A stretch of DNA of 62,774 nt, counting the filler. It is 13 parts of 13 records of this genome, joined end to end, with 100 filler letters (N's around TTAATTAATTAA, not from the genome) between each part and the next. Parts side by side here need not be neighbours in the genome. Positions count along the whole stretch, not along the records: positions 44,858 to 48,998 come from SRR7504441_54145; positions 49,099 to 52,891 come from SRR7504441_54162; positions 52,992 to 59,443 come from SRR7504441_54169; 10 more parts are not named here. One strand, given 5' to 3'. The notes below the pieces were generated by a model, which saw nothing but the letters and a program-made list of their open reading frames with translations, ran no database searches and was not told the origin of the DNA. Shown here piece after piece: positions 46,095-59,349 of the stretch. The position numbers and the translations under genes were made by a program. Every line of letters begins with the position of its first letter. The first letter of the stretch is position 1.

Positions 46095-46351
46095 CGCTAT
46101 CTGCCGCCGTTGCTCGCCCGTTCGACCCCCGTTCGGGCGAGCCGCATTGAATCTATCCGCTTGTCAGCGGCCATCTGCGGAGCCAAAAAAAATCATAAAT
46201 CAGTAAAACCCTCCAAGTGACCAACGGCCTCAGTGTCGGCAAAGCCTCATCAAGGCAGACACAAAACTTGGACCCCGGGGATGGGACCTGTCGTAGTGTA
46301 GCGGTCGGGAGTAGTCTCGCCCGGACCCATCGGGGCGCAGCTGGGGGCAAG

Positions 46352-48606
46352 ATGCAAGGCACCACACGCGGCAAGAAGAAGACCAGTTCGGCGCCCGGCT
46401 CCGGCAGGAAGGCCGGCTCGGCGCCTGGGGGTGGACGGGGCAACCTCTCGGTGGGCGGCGGCGACCGGCCGGCCACGCGAGTCACCTCGGGTACGCCACT
46501 AGGATGCCCCTCCCGCACCCGCTCCGCCCCACACAGCCGCCCCTGCGGAGCCCGCTCCCAAACCCAAGGCTAGCCGCCCCTCCGAAAGTGGCCTGTGCCA
46601 GCCCGCCGCGCTGCGACACGCTGGCCGGCTGACCGGAAGCTGGCTCGGTAGGTGTGGGGCGCGGTCGCGTGAAGAAGCGCCCGCCGTCCTCCGGGCCAAT
46701 CTATCAGGTCAAGCCCCGCTGCACCGCGCACGGGCCGAGGCAGCTCGGGCAGGCTCAGCTGAAAGACAGTGCCCCGGCAGACCGGCCAAACCTGATGATT
46801 CAAAAGCTGCGCTTCTGCATGAAGTGGTGCGGCTCGACCCACAGCCGGCCGCCCAACAGTGCCTGGGGCAGTTACGACTTCAGTGACGACAGTGTCGAGG
46901 AGAAGTCTGCCAGAGATGCTAAGAAAGTTAAACAAATGATACTAATGGAGATCTGCGACTACATCAACGGTGAGCGCCCACGGCCCGGCTCGGCTGGCGC
47001 GGTCGGTCTGTCACTCGACAGTCGGCCGTGGCGCTCGCACTGCCGCAACTGGGCTAGCTGTCGTGTCTGATGCTCGTGAGCGATCCCGGGTCTGAAACTC
47101 GCGGCTGGAGTGGCGAAAGGGCCGGCTGTGCGGCTGACTAACTGGTGGGTGGCTGCAGCCAAGCCGCAGATCCTGACTCAGGAGGCCGTGGTGTCTCATC
47201 TGATTGAGATGGTGACCGCCCTCACACCGAGGCCAGCCTCGAGCTATCCACTGCAGGTCTCTTGCAACCTGTTCAGCGGGCAGCGGGCCTTCGTGGCCTC
47301 GGAGCCGTCCGAGGAGGAGGAGCCGCTGCTGGATCCTGCGTACGTCCACACACAGGCATTTGCTCCCCGCGGTAGCGCTGTGATGATCGGGGGTGGCAGC
47401 TCGTGTATGAGATTTTATTGAGGTTTGTGATGAACGGGGACACTGAGAGCGGCATGATGCGGAGGTATGTCAATCTCGAATTCATCGACAAGCTGGTGCG
47501 CCGCCCTGTGCCTGCTGTGGCGATGGATGGGCAGCTGTCCGCATTCAACACGGAGGACCCTCGGGAGAGGGAGTACCTCAAGACAATCCTGCACCGGATA
47601 TACGGCCGGTTCATGACCTTCAGGCTCCAAATCCGCAAGGCGATCAACAACATATTCTACGAATTCACTTACCAAGACGACAAGCATGCGGGGATCGGTA
47701 TCGACCCCAGACCGCCTCCGCCCCCGTGACAGCCGCGCAGGTGAGCTGCTGGAGATCCTCGGATCTATCATCAACGGATTCGCCTTACCGTTGAAGGACG
47801 AGCACAAGTCATTCCTGGCCAAGTATCTGCTGCCACTGTACAAGCCGCGAGGGATGCTCAATTACCACCCTCAACTGTGCTACTGCATCGTGCAGTTCGT
47901 GGAGAAAGACCCGAGTCTATCTGCTGTCATCATCCAAAGCCTGCTCCGGTGCGCCGCCGACTGCTGCCACCGGCGAGCTCCTGGCAGGTGGTGGCCACAT
48001 AGCAACAGCCAGAAGGAGGTGGCTTTCTTAAACGAGGTCGAAGAGGTGTTCTGGTTGGTCGGTAACCTGGCAAGAGCCTGGGCGCAGGTGGTGGAGAGTA
48101 CACACAACCCGGAGCAGAATCTGCTCGATGTCGTCAAGCTCATCTTCAAGCGAATAGCCAAATGCATTCTCTGCAATAATTTCCAGGTCTTGACTTGCCG
48201 GGCCTGGCTCACCTCTCGATTAGGTAGCGGAGAGAGCTCTCTTCCTGTGGCAAAGCCCACAGTTCCTCGAGTTCTCCAGGTAGCGCGGCCGGCCAGCCAT
48301 TGGCCAATCGGTGTGGGCAGGAGCAATCTGAACGCCTGCCTGCCGATTCTGTTCCCGGCACTCTGCCCTGAGACGGAGCATTGGAACCCGAGTGTACAGC
48401 AGCTGTCAGCAGGGGTGCTCGAATTCTTCCAACAGGTGGATCCAGCCAAGCTCGAGGCTGTCCGCGAGCAGAACGAGAAGGATAAGGTCGAGTCCAAAGC
48501 TGCTGCCCAACGGCGGAAAGAGCAGTGGCAGAAGATAGAGCAGATGGCCCAGATGGCAACGGCAACAAAAGGATTGGAGCAAGTCAAGATAAACGACGAA
48601 ACCTGA
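46352..48606 (+). CDS. Protein phosphatase 2A regulatory subunit B' (B56), many introns
   Basis: EEEEPLLDPA, LVYEILLRF, FNTEDPREREYLKTILHRIYGRF, GELLEILGSIINGFALPLKDEHK, YHPQLCYCIVQFVEKDP, FQVAERALFLW and HWN. Confidence 0.95.
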
Positions 48607-49098
48607 GCACAGTAGCGCCCTTGTATACAATACAGCCGCAACTGAGACTGCTAGTAGTATGACGATTGTGTCAATGGTTGGTAGACGGTTGGCCAATCAA
48701 GTCCACCTCTTGTCGTACTTATCAGGCCACAAAGCCTTTAACAATCCATGCCATTCGTTATTGATCATTGATCAGTTTTTTCTGTTCATTAGATGGAATT
48801 ATTAAACCCAGGCCTTTCAATTACGATACACGTGTACCTATAATTGTCGCTCATGCATCAATTCGCCCCGAATTCCCGATTAACTTTGGCCCGTCCCGAC
48901 GAGCTCCTCGAACTGGACCTGCATGTTGGGCGCCTGCCCGACCTGGGTAAACAGGAGGGACGGAGGCAAGGCCGCGCACCGGGTAGGAGACGCACTGGNN
49001 NNNNNNNNNNNNNNNNNNNNNNNNNNNNNNNNNNNNNNNNNNTTAATTAATTAANNNNNNNNNNNNNNNNNNNNNNNNNNNNNNNNNNNNNNNNNNNN

Positions 49099-50408
49099 CA
49101 CGAAGCAGCAAACACGGCCACGATTTCTGCAAGCCGGGTGTCGCCTACGTGACCCGGCGGCACCGCGCGCCGGCTCGTGTGGGCGTGGCGCAGTGCACGA
49201 AGCTCGGGCGCAAATTGGTTAAGAAGCCTGAAGCCCGTATCCCCGGCGGTTGCAGCAGCGACTCTTGCGATTGAAAGGTCTCTCCACAGCGAGACCACAA
49301 ACCCGGTGTGATTCAAGCCCTTCAAGGGCCCGCGCTGGATAGGCAAAAAGCCAGGCACGTTCAATGTGCCATAGTAGAGCCGTCTTGATCCTGGATTGTT
49401 GACGTTGCTCGGCCCGACACCTCCGGTCTTCATGATGCTGAACGAACTCGCCGACATTTGCAGCGCTCTAGTCTGAGAGAAGGGCGGGAGCGGCTCAAAC
49501 TGCGAGGGCTGGGGCATCTGGCCGAGCACGTAGTTATCGTAGAGCGAGGTGAAAGCCCACAGATCGGAGCCAGGGAGCCTAAACAGATCGGGGCATGAGT
49601 AAGGATGACCTGAGTGGCCGTTGCCCCACCAGAGCTTCCCGACGAACTCCCAGGGCACAGACAGGTTGCCCGCCGTCCGCCATAGCAAGAGCACTGGTTG
49701 GTCTCCGCCTTGAGGGTGCTCGGGCGCCCGCCCGCCCGACGCCACCGGCTGCCACCAGCACAGCTCATGTCCTGCCCGGCTGCACGGCGCCAGCCACGGA
49801 GCCGCTGGGTCTCGAAAGCCTTGCCTGGGGTTGATCCCGGGGAACGGGGAGCCTGCAGCGCCGGTGCCGTTGGGGCAGCGCGCTGGGCACGCCTCCCGGC
49901 ACCAGGCGCAGATTGGATTGACGATCCGCCCAGCCCGCTGGACCGCCCCAAACTCTCCGCAGAGCTTGTGCCAGCGAGTGAGCGTGTGGTCAGTGGCGCG
50001 GGCGTAGCACATGTCGCCCTCGGTCCCGCCGGTCCCGTTGACAGCCTCGTACACGGCGTACACGGTGCCGTTGGGGTGCTGGAACAGCGCGCCGGTGTCG
50101 AGTCCGTTGGCGTCGAACGGCTGGTCGCCCCGCATCGCCACTGGCATCTCGCGCCAGCTGACCAAGTCCGTGCTCATGAAGTGGCACCAGCCGAGCCCGG
50201 CGGACGGGTCCTGTCGGGCGCCTTCGACGCAGTCGATAAACACATGCCATGCGGTGGAGCCGTCAGGCAGTTTGATCCCGATCGGGCCGCTGATGTCCTG
50301 GCTCTCAATGGTCTGAGGCCAGAAGTGCAGCATTGGCACCGTGTGCTGCTGCCCGCCGCACGGCGGCCAGACCGACGCGGCCAGCGCGGCCAGCACCAGA
50401 CAACGCAT
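49099..50408 (-). CDS. Secreted GH32-like glycoside hydrolase with variant catalytic motifs; 3'-truncated
   Basis: Signal peptide; HF.P...SQDISGP, WHVF, W.H..STDLVSW, FD..G..TG, FRDP, W..VG.L and SCPDLF, in GH32 beta-propeller order. Confidence 0.75.
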
Positions 50409-50458
50409 CCTGGAGAGCTGGCCGCCGAGAAATAACGGACATCTTCATCCGAGAGAGA

Positions 50459-52236
50459 ATGCTCTCACTGTGCGCTCGGCGGGGCGGTAGTATAACCCTG
50501 CGGCGCTGCGCCCGGCGGGGGGCATCGCGGCAGTGCTCCGGGCTGCCGCAGACTGGCGCATCGCCCTGGGCGCCGCGGATGGCGCTGGCGGCCGCCTCGG
50601 GCACGGCGATGTATGCGGCATGGGGCTCGCAGCAGTCGGGCGGTGCCCCTATCCAGAGGGCGCGGCCAGCAGCTGGGGGCAGCGGTGTTTAATCCGTTGG
50701 AGTGGGGGATTGCCGGCCTGCACACCGCTGGGGTGCCCTGGTGCGGCTGCCTGGTCGCCACGGCCGTTGGGGTTCGGGTGCTAATCTTCCCGGTGCGCGG
50801 CTGGCCCGCCGGTCCAGACCGGGCCACGGCCAGATGATGCGATACCAGATGTTCCAGCAGCCTGTCATGGCCCGTGCCTCAGCCTCCCTGCACAAGATAG
50901 CCGCCCGCGTGGCAACTGCGCAGGCCACGGTGCCGCCCCCATGCCCAGCGCTCAGCCGCACCCCGCGCAGGCAGCCAAGGCGGAGCTCGGCTCGTTAGGT
51001 CAATTCCGGGCGGTGCAGCGCCGGTCGGCCGGGCGGAGGCCCCTCGGCAGGTCTGGGCGGAGATTTGCGCCGAGTGGAGCCTCTTGAGCAGTGCCATCCG
51101 CACGATTGGCCAAAGCTACAGCTACGTGCTCCTCCAGCTGCCGGCCTTCGTGCTGGCGGTGTGCGCAGGCCCCGGCGCGCGTGCTCACCCAATGGCCAGA
51201 TCAGCACGGTGCGCCAGATGAGTCTAAGCCAGGCGTATCCGGACATGAAGCAAGGCGGAATGCTATGGTTCGCTGACCTCTGTGAGCCTGATGTCACCTG
51301 GGCACTCCCTGCAGCCAATCTCTGCCTGATCACCTTCAACCTGGCGGTGCACGCCGCAATCAGCCCAGCGCTTGACCGGCACCGCAGACTGCCTTCCCGC
51401 CCACGCCGCTGTGGCGCCCGATCTGGGCTGGTATGACGCTGCTTGTAGCTGCCATCACACCGCTAATCTACCAGCTGCCTTCGGTAACGACACGCCAGCC
51501 CCGGGCCGACCGGAATGCAGGGCGTGTTTGTGTACTGGGTCTCGTCCAGCTCGCTGATGCTGCTGCAGCGGCTGGCGCTCCGCAGGCCGGCTGTACGCAG
51601 AATGCTTCGGCTTCCCGGTGCCCCGACCCAGGTTGGCTTTCCTCACACGGCCGGCAGCGATCCCGGGGCCGCGCACTGCGGAGGGCCCGGAGCAGGCGCT
51701 GGTGCAGCGGTTGGTGAAGAGACACCTTGACCGGAACAGCGCTCTGCCTAGGCAGCAGCGGCTTGCTGTCAAGCAATTGGTTCCTGCGGTTCAAGCCGAG
51801 CTCGAGGCACCGTTTAGAGCAGCCTTGAATGATTCTGTGAGCAGGAGGCTCGGCAGGAGGGCAAGCTGACGGCGCCGTACAGAATCGCCGTCCGTAAGGT
51901 CGGCTGCTAGTGGCCGTGGGAATCGAGGTGGGGGCTCTCAGGATCCTAGCGGGAATCATCCGGACTCGATCGTAGTGGAGCTGGTGGCAGCCGACGGCGA
52001 CATGGAACGTGTCAATCAGGCGATTGGCAGGTGGGCTAGTGCGTTGGGCCGAGGGTGAATGCTGGCACAGGATTAGTCAAGGGAAGAAGATATCTCAAGA
52101 GCTCGCAGACGAGGTGAACCAAGAACTTGCAAAGATGCATGCCCGAGGGCTGATCGGGGCGAGAGTGACGATCAAACTCGAACGGCGCAAGGACGGAAAA
52201 CTAGGCTTCATCTTGGACCTCAACCAGCGCGCTTGA
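50459..52236 (+). CDS. Mitochondrial Oxa1/Cox18 (YidC family) membrane insertase (multi-exon)
   Basis: Arg-rich presequence; LH..GVPW..CLVATAVGVRVLIFP, LLQLPAF, GGMLWFADL..PD..W.LP and GVFVYWVSSS....LQRLAL. The 3' exons are less certain. Confidence 0.8.
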
Positions 52237-52399
52237 TAGTCTCATTCTTAAATCTTATTTTCCGGATCCCTTTAAATCAACATTATTTAATTCGAACGGT
52301 ACGGTACTCGTACGGGTACAAACGCTTGTGTGAAGCGGGGAAGTGTATGCGGTCTCCAAGTCCCGAAGCACACGGCGTGGCCGCGATACCGCCAGTGCT

Positions 52400-52891
52400 T
52401 CACAGGATATCGGTGGTGTCCACTCCGTTGTAGGCCGTATCTACCACCGCGGCCTGACTACCGCCACCAGGCCAGTTGTACACCGCCTGCCCTGCGATCA
52501 ACTACACCCCGTCCATCAGTGGCGTGACCTCGCCACTGTGCTGCCCCTGTTCCCAACGGCCTTCGATCCGCCCCCCGTGGCTCCACGTAAACGCCCCGTC
52601 CCCGTGGGCCTGCAACCTCTCCCGAAGAGGCAGGCAGCCACGCCCACCTGGCCTTCCTCAAACATGCCCTCGTATTTGCCAGACTCCGCCGCGAACTGGA
52701 ATACCCCCTGGTCCTTGACTAAGCCAGCCGGAGGGGGTGGCTGCCTGGCCGTGGCGCTTCCCGTCCTTGAACTGTCCGTCGTACTACCCCCGGGGCTCGG
52801 GGCGCGGGCCTGGAAGGTGGGTGCCTGGCTGCCGTCCTCGTGGTCGATGCAGTGCTGGCCCTGCAGCGGCGGCTCCTCCTCCTACCCCCAC
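52400..52891 (-). CDS. MORN-repeat protein, 5'-truncated
   Basis: Spliced product: HEDGSQ|YDGQFKDGKRHGQ|GVFQFAAESGKYEGMFEEGQ|AHGDGAFTWSHGGRIEGRWEQGQHSGE|AVYNWP. It is not in the ORF track. Two of the four donors are GC. Confidence 0.8.
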
Positions 52892-53171
52892 NNNNNNNNN
52901 NNNNNNNNNNNNNNNNNNNNNNNNNNNNNNNNNNNTTAATTAATTAANNNNNNNNNNNNNNNNNNNNNNNNNNNNNNNNNNNNNNNNNNNNCTTGCACCG
53001 ATAGCGCTCCCGGCCGTGGGGGCAGGGCATGGCGGGAAATAAATCGAAAATCGGCCGGAAAAGATCTCGCTCGCCTGCTTCTCAAGAGGCCGCCGCATAC
53101 CTCCAGTGCGCGCGCTGCTGGTCTCTCGGGCTGACCAGTGGCGGGGCAGAGTCTTCCCATCACCTGTGCTA

Positions 53172-53664
53172 ATGGCTGACTACACCAAAGGAAAGGATTT
53201 CGACGGGGTGCGCCCTCCCTCCTCCGGCCCGGCGGCTGATCGCCCGGCGCAGGATAACCGCGACACCATCCACAAGATCCGCATCTCGCTGACTGCCCGC
53301 AACGTCAAGGCGCTGGAGAAGGGTGCGCCCCGCCGCTCGCCCTGCGGCTGACCCGGTCCGCGGTGCAGTCTGTGCCGATCTTGTGCAGGGCGCCAAGGAC
53401 AAGCGTCTGCTGTGCAAGGGCCCGGTCCGGATGCCCACCAAGAAGCTTGTAATCACCACCCGCAAGTCGCCATGTGGCGAGGGTACCAACACCTGGGACC
53501 GGTTCGAGATGCGCATCCACAAGCGCGTCATCGACCTGCACTCGCCCTCCGAGACAGTGAAGCAGATCACTTCTATCAACATCGAGCCTGGTAGGCGCGG
53601 TCGGTGGGCGCGCGGGCGAGCCGGTGGGGCAGGTGTGACTGTCGAGGTTACCATCGACTCATAG
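53172..53664 (+). CDS. RPS20: 40S ribosomal protein S20 (uS10), with three introns
   Basis: Introns at 53208-53252, 53323-53368 and 53591-53632 give ...[22 protein letters not shown]...[41 protein letters not shown]...[11 protein letters not shown]. Confidence 0.97.
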
Positions 53665-54273
53665 ATCCTATCGAGTTTGCTTAGCAGCAAGTGATGCAGA
53701 GACGCATAAATAAAGCGGAAAAAACATATGTGCTCTGTGGCGGCCAGCTGATCAGCATCGCGGCGTGTCGCAGTGTGTCGCCGCCGCTGTATATGATGTG
53801 TGGTCCGGGTGGGCTGTAGTGGGGGGCTGCAGTTGGGGTGCAGCGGCATGGTGTGAGGGGCAGGTGTTACAGCCCCGTGCCGATTGGCTGTACAGAAGCG
53901 CCTTTGTCGATCCATACGATGTCACACGCGAGTTGAGCACAGCCTTGCATATGTTTGTAATATGTATGTACGCCGTATCTGATCGATCAGCGTGCAGTCG
54001 CCCGTTAGGTATTCATTTCGTGAAGCGATGTTTTTCAACGAATCAAAGATACGTCACTATGCAAGCGATGGGTGATGCAACGCTCCGGTGGGCACCTTGC
54101 CACGCGCACTATGCGCTTGAGCATGATTCATTCTGATATGATACCAGTGCGGGAGTCCAGCTGAATCGTTCACGTAAATGCGGACCGTACACGCAGAAGA
54201 ATAAAGGCGTAAATTGACACAACATCACACAAGTGTTACTTGCACTTCTAAAGCTTACTTGATCAGCATTAAT

Positions 54274-57200
54274 CTAGTCAAAGAAGTAGGGTGAGTCACA
54301 CACCACCTGCCACACCGCCCGTCAAGCGGGCCCCGCGGCCCGAGCTGCCTTGAGGTCCAGATCGCCCCGCTTGGGCAGCTGCGGGAAGCTGACATCCGGA
54401 TGCCTCAATCGAAATAGCTCCTTGAGGTCCTCCAGCAGAGGCTCAGAGTGCAACTTAACAAATTGCTCCCGCAAAGCCTGCAACCCGAGCTCAGCCGAGA
54501 GTCCGGCCCGGGACTGGCCTTGTTCATCGCTGGAATGTCGCAGCCGTGAGTCCAGTACGAGTCATGCACCGCAGCAAAGTCCTGTCGGCCAGTCAGCCCC
54601 CGAGAAGCCTGAGGCCGTCACCAGCCCTTGCTTGTCGCATTCGAGAGCCGTAAGCATCATGTGAGTCGAGTCCAACGAGTGCACGAAATTGGGCGGGAAT
54701 GCAGTCTTCTGGCGGGCCTTGAGCACCTGGGAAATGGGTCGGTCGGCCGATCGAGATGCCAGTTACTGGCTGATCATCCACGCTGGACATCACCAGAGTC
54801 TGCATTCTAGTCTTGATTGCGCGCTTCCTCTCCTTTCGGTACGGCTGCACCACGGGCAGCCCTAGAGGCGTGACCCACGCCACGTCCTGCCCCGTTGCCG
54901 CAATCCGCTGCGCACACTCGGCAAGCCAGCACTGCACTCGGATCACGGGCTGTGGGTGGAACTAGTGCACCTTAATCGAGTCTGCGCCTACAAACTTCTG
55001 TCCGATCGATTTGAGCGTCTTGCGGGCCAGATAAACTGACGCGGTGTATTGCAAGTCTTCTTCAAACCCTTTCTCGCGAAGCCTGTTCTCGATCTGCTGC
55101 CTGCAAGCCGCCAGATCAGCCCCTGGCACGATCTGCGTGTCGGCACCGCGCCCCTACAAACGTGACTCCATACACGGAGGTCATGACTGTCTGCTTGACC
55201 GTCTTCCGTTCTACATATGGCGCCACCTGCCCCAGGATCACGGCGCCCTGGCCGCTGAGTTGCCTTGGCGGCCAGCTCGGCCATTTCCGTCCGTCCGACC
55301 ACCTGTTGTGCCTCCGCATACACCTCGTCTTTAACCAAATTCATAACCCCCGAGTATACGTCCTGCGGCTGTTCAGCAGGCACCAAATCCACCTGACCCG
55401 CCCTGAACAGACAGCCCACGCCCGCGCGCACCTGCGCCGCTCCTTCCATGTCCCTCCCCAGCGCAGCATAGTGCTGAAGCCCGTTACAAGAGCCATCTTG
55501 ATGCACTGGCAGCCGAGAAGCGTACTCCTCCGGCCCGTCCGGATGTCGGATCGCCGCGGCCAGCTCCCTCGCGGTGAGCAGGCACTGCCAGGGCTCGTCA
55601 GCCTCGGTCCACCATTGCTTGCCCTCGAGCGGGTTATCTGCCGAGTCCAGAATCTGTGACATCGAGTCTTCCACAAAATCAATCCGCCCACTGCCAGCCG
55701 TCAGCCAGAGCGTTCCCTGCGCTGCACCTGAACGTGCGTTTGTCCTCGCCGAACAGGTTGGCCAGGTGGATCTTGAGCCAATACAGCCCGGTCTCGCCGA
55801 GCGGCTTGGCGTTGTCAAACGTGAGCAGGCTGCGGCAGTAGTCGGCCGACAGGTGGTTGAAGTGCGGAGGGATCGGGTAAGCGCGGCCCCGGAAGTCGAC
55901 GTTGTGAGGAAAGTAAATCGGCCTCCCCATCACACTTTCGGCGCACTCCATCTGCCCCAGCCCTGAGCGGCCGGCTGCGATTTTCAAGGTCGCACTTTGA
56001 GCCTAAAGTCGCATCGGAGAGAGTTCAAGTTGGCGTTGTCTCTCTTGATCCGCGCCCGATTCCTGTTGTACTGGACCTTCTCTTCTATTGGCATCTCGAC
56101 CCCCTTCTCCAGCTTGGCTGGAGTGGGCCTGTCCCGATCCGCCGCCGACAACGGCACCCCAGCCAGCCCGCCGCCCCGATCCCAGACCTGATGTTAATGT
56201 TAGGCTCAATGCATTGAGCCGTGCACCTGCTTCAAGACCGACATCTGGACTGGATCCACACGCCACGGGACAGACGACAGAGCGTTCAGCGCTGTGTACA
56301 CCTCGCTCAGGTCGGCGCTCCGTAGAGCCTCAGTCTGGGCGTAAACGCCCTTGGTGCGCATCAAGGTCGACGGCAGCTGTAGAAACCTGACTCCACGCTC
56401 AGCGCTCGTTGTTCGTGTATCGAGTCACCCTCCGGTTCTGGAACTGGTCCACGGCTGCGGCTTGCACAGCATGGGCGGGGACTGCGGGTGTAACTGGGCC
56501 ATCACCTGATCCCAACCGTCGGCCCAGACTTTTATAACGATAATAAATGGCACCTCATGGTCTTGTTCTATCTTCGCCCGCACCCTCGTATCTAGCTTTA
56601 TAATCCCAAAGTGCTTGTATGTCCGCCCCTCGTCTAGATTTTCTGTCAAGTGTTGAAACGCCTGACCGACCCAGTCAGGCCGGCAGGCTGCGGCATGGTA
56701 TACATTGCATGTGGCGCCCTCCTTGGTCTGAAAAGTTGCATTGTCTACTACAAGCTGTATGAGCGCCCCCCCGACCTGCGCAGCCTGAGCCAATACCGGG
56801 CGGCTGCCATGCCTTAACAGAGACACGCTGGCCCCAGTCGGTGTCATTGAGCGCCTTCTTGACCATTTGCTTGAGCATATCCGGCCTGCGAGTGGATCAA
56901 TCCATACCTAGGATCGAGCCACCTGCTCCGACCCCTCGACAGAATCTCCTCTTGAAATAAATAATTCTTCCCAAGATCCTTCTGCCTAGCTTCCAGATCC
57001 TGCTTGAGCCGCTTATAATTCGACTCAGCCTGTCCCCCGTCAGCCGCCACCCGCATATCAGTCGCAGCACCTGGACCTCCTCCCCGATCTTATTGGCCAA
57101 CATCGTATACTTGACAGAGCCATCGGTCGCATTCACGTTCTTAGTGACCATCGACATCACCCCGTTCAGCGCAATTACCGCCAGTTCCTCCTTCTTCAGT

Positions 57201-58218
57201 GTCATAAGGAACGGGCCATACGTGTTTCGATCAATCTGTGCACCGGCAGTCATCGCACGCACAGCACAAGGCTCGCACTCCTGCTTCGCCCGCGGTGATC
57301 GCCCGCTGCTCCTCCCCGGCCGCTTCGACGATCCGCTCGTACCAGAGCCGGACCATTTGCTTGCTCGGACCATGCTCGGCGCTCTTCGACAGCCGGTCCA
57401 TGTTTTCGCGCATCTACAATTAACCGATCACTAACCCACAACCGCCACAGCCACTCGCCTCCTCGTACTCTTTCACAGCCCGGTTAACCGCCGATATCTC
57501 CGAGTGCAGCTGGGCCAGCACCTGTCCCCACCGCTGGCGGGGCACGGGCAAGTCAGGCCATAACCTTGCAATCATCCACCACTTCAGGCCTTTGCTCACC
57601 TATAGTGTAAATCCGCCGGAGCAAATTGCGGTAGCAGCCCATCAGCTGGTGCACCCGCCTGGGCGGCAGGTCCGGGGGCAGCCGCGACAGCTCCCAGTGC
57701 AGCATCTCGTACAGCTCGTCCGCGTCCTCCCCGGTATGGCACTGTTCGATCAGCGAATTGTACCCCGCAGTCAGCGGCCATTTAGTCTGGTCCCGGGCGT
57801 GTCGCAGCACCCGGGCGGCCTCCGCGGCCCGGCCCGAGTCGCTGGTGTACATGACCAGCCGCTCGAGGAGCTCGGCCGGCAGGGCGATCTGGTTTTCCAT
57901 TGCCTGGTCGAATAGGTGGAGCGCCCACGGCAGCTGATACTGGTCGAGCGCTCCCCCGATCCATCCAGCCGCGTCCTCGGCCGGCAGCCCGGGCTGGTCG
58001 TCCTCCGGCTCCGGCTCGGTCGCCTGGCTGAGCAGGTAGTCCACCTCGCTCAGCCCCGGTTCCTCCTCGGGGGCGGCCGCCTCGTCATCGTCCAGTGGAA
58101 ATGGCTCGAGGTCCAGAAGCGCGCTCACCAGCGGCTGGTCCTCCGGCTTGCTGCTCATCGCCCGCCGCGCCAGCCGGCCCAGCCCCCGGTGCCGCAGCAG
58201 CGGGAGCCACCGGAGCAT
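54274..58218 (-). CDS. POLRMT: Nucleus-encoded mitochondrial phage-type (T3/T7-like) RNA polymerase, many introns
   Basis: Presequence [22 protein letters not shown]-like helices; [71 protein letters not shown]-terminus SPYFFD*. Confidence 0.95.
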
Positions 58219-58446
58219 CTCGGCCCTCGCCTGCAAGCACTCCCGCGCTGGCCGCCTGGAGAAAGTCAGAGGTCACGAAAAATCAGCGACTGATCGATTT
58301 CATGAGGTGCTCTGATCATAGGAGGCATACGACTACCCCGACTGCCGAACAACGAGCGCGTTGTGCTTCTCATATGTTCGAACTATATTGAAAGTAAAGT
58401 TAATCTATCTGTTGCAATACATGAAAATGTGCACGCCAGTCGCCGT

Positions 58447-59349
58447 TTAGTCACCCTCAAAGAGCGCGTTGTTGTCGTTGCCGTACTCATCATGGCCGGC
58501 ATGCTTGCCATTAGGGCTTTTGAAGCAGGCCCTGCCCCGAGCCGACTCACGCTCGTGAACCGGTCAAAACACGCAACCGACCTTCACATTCAAAGATGCC
58601 ACCGCCAGCGCAGTCTGCCCGCTGCAATCCTTGGCCTGGTCCGAGCACTCAGCCCGGGCGGCTCGGGCGCGCACCTCCAGGTCAACTCCGGGGCAGCGCA
58701 GCAGGTACTGCACCACCTTGTAGTGCCCTACGCCCAGGCTAGCCGCCCGCCAGCCACGCCGCACCGCTGTAAGCCGCGTAATGCAGCGCTGTCCAGCACC
58801 CATCGTTCTGGTTAGCAGCCGACGGGCTGCCGAGCCAGTGAGCCGCTGGCTGTCCCGGCGGGCTGACCTTGCGCCGTCCCTCACAGCCAGCAGACAATCA
58901 CGTAGCCGGCCGACTTGGCAGGCGTCGTACAGCCGCCGTTGGGCAAACTCGTTTGGAGCCGGGGGTTCGACCCCCTGCGCGGCCGCATCCGTCTGCGGGC
59001 CGGCCGGCTGGGCCCTGGCTGGACTCGGTACGGGATGGGTCTGTCGGATGTTGGCCCGAATGCGCTGAGCGGGGCTGAGGACGGCGGCCGGCGGGGCGGC
59101 AGCAACGGGGCTGGCGTAGCCCATGGCCTGGTCTGTGAGCAGTGCCATCATGGCTGACCCACTGTTGTACTGCGGGTAGAGCCTGCCACCGGGTCGCCCC
59201 GAGGGTAATCAGACCGAGCGCCTGATAGACGGACGGCTGCCGAGCACGTTGCCGCGATTCATTAGACTGCCGTCCGCGTTGATCCCTGGCCCGGGGCTGG
59301 TCGCGCAGCCCGGCCAGGGCCCACCGTTGGAGCCGTACTGCATCGGCAT
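58447..59349 (-). CDS. Ankyrin-repeat protein (multi-exon)
   Basis: LYDACQVG, WTALHYAAYS|GHYKVVQYLL..PGVDLE|AKDCSGQTAL. Confidence 0.7.

Noticed and set aside
53208-53368. Introner-like mobile introns (two RPS20 introns share GTGCGCCC...GCGGCTGA)
   Set aside because: The similarity is limited to donor and branch consensus; I found no near-identical intron copies in the window.
54070-54140. Possible C/D-box snoRNA between RPS20 and POLRMT (GTGATGC...CTGA)
   Set aside because: Box C is imperfect, there is no terminal stem, and I could not recognise an rRNA guide; it would need an Rfam or snoscan test.
54274-58218. T7-like RNA polymerase as a sign of a prophage or viral insert
   Set aside because: It has many host-type mini-introns and a mitochondrial presequence and lies next to RPS20, so it is the ordinary mitochondrial enzyme.
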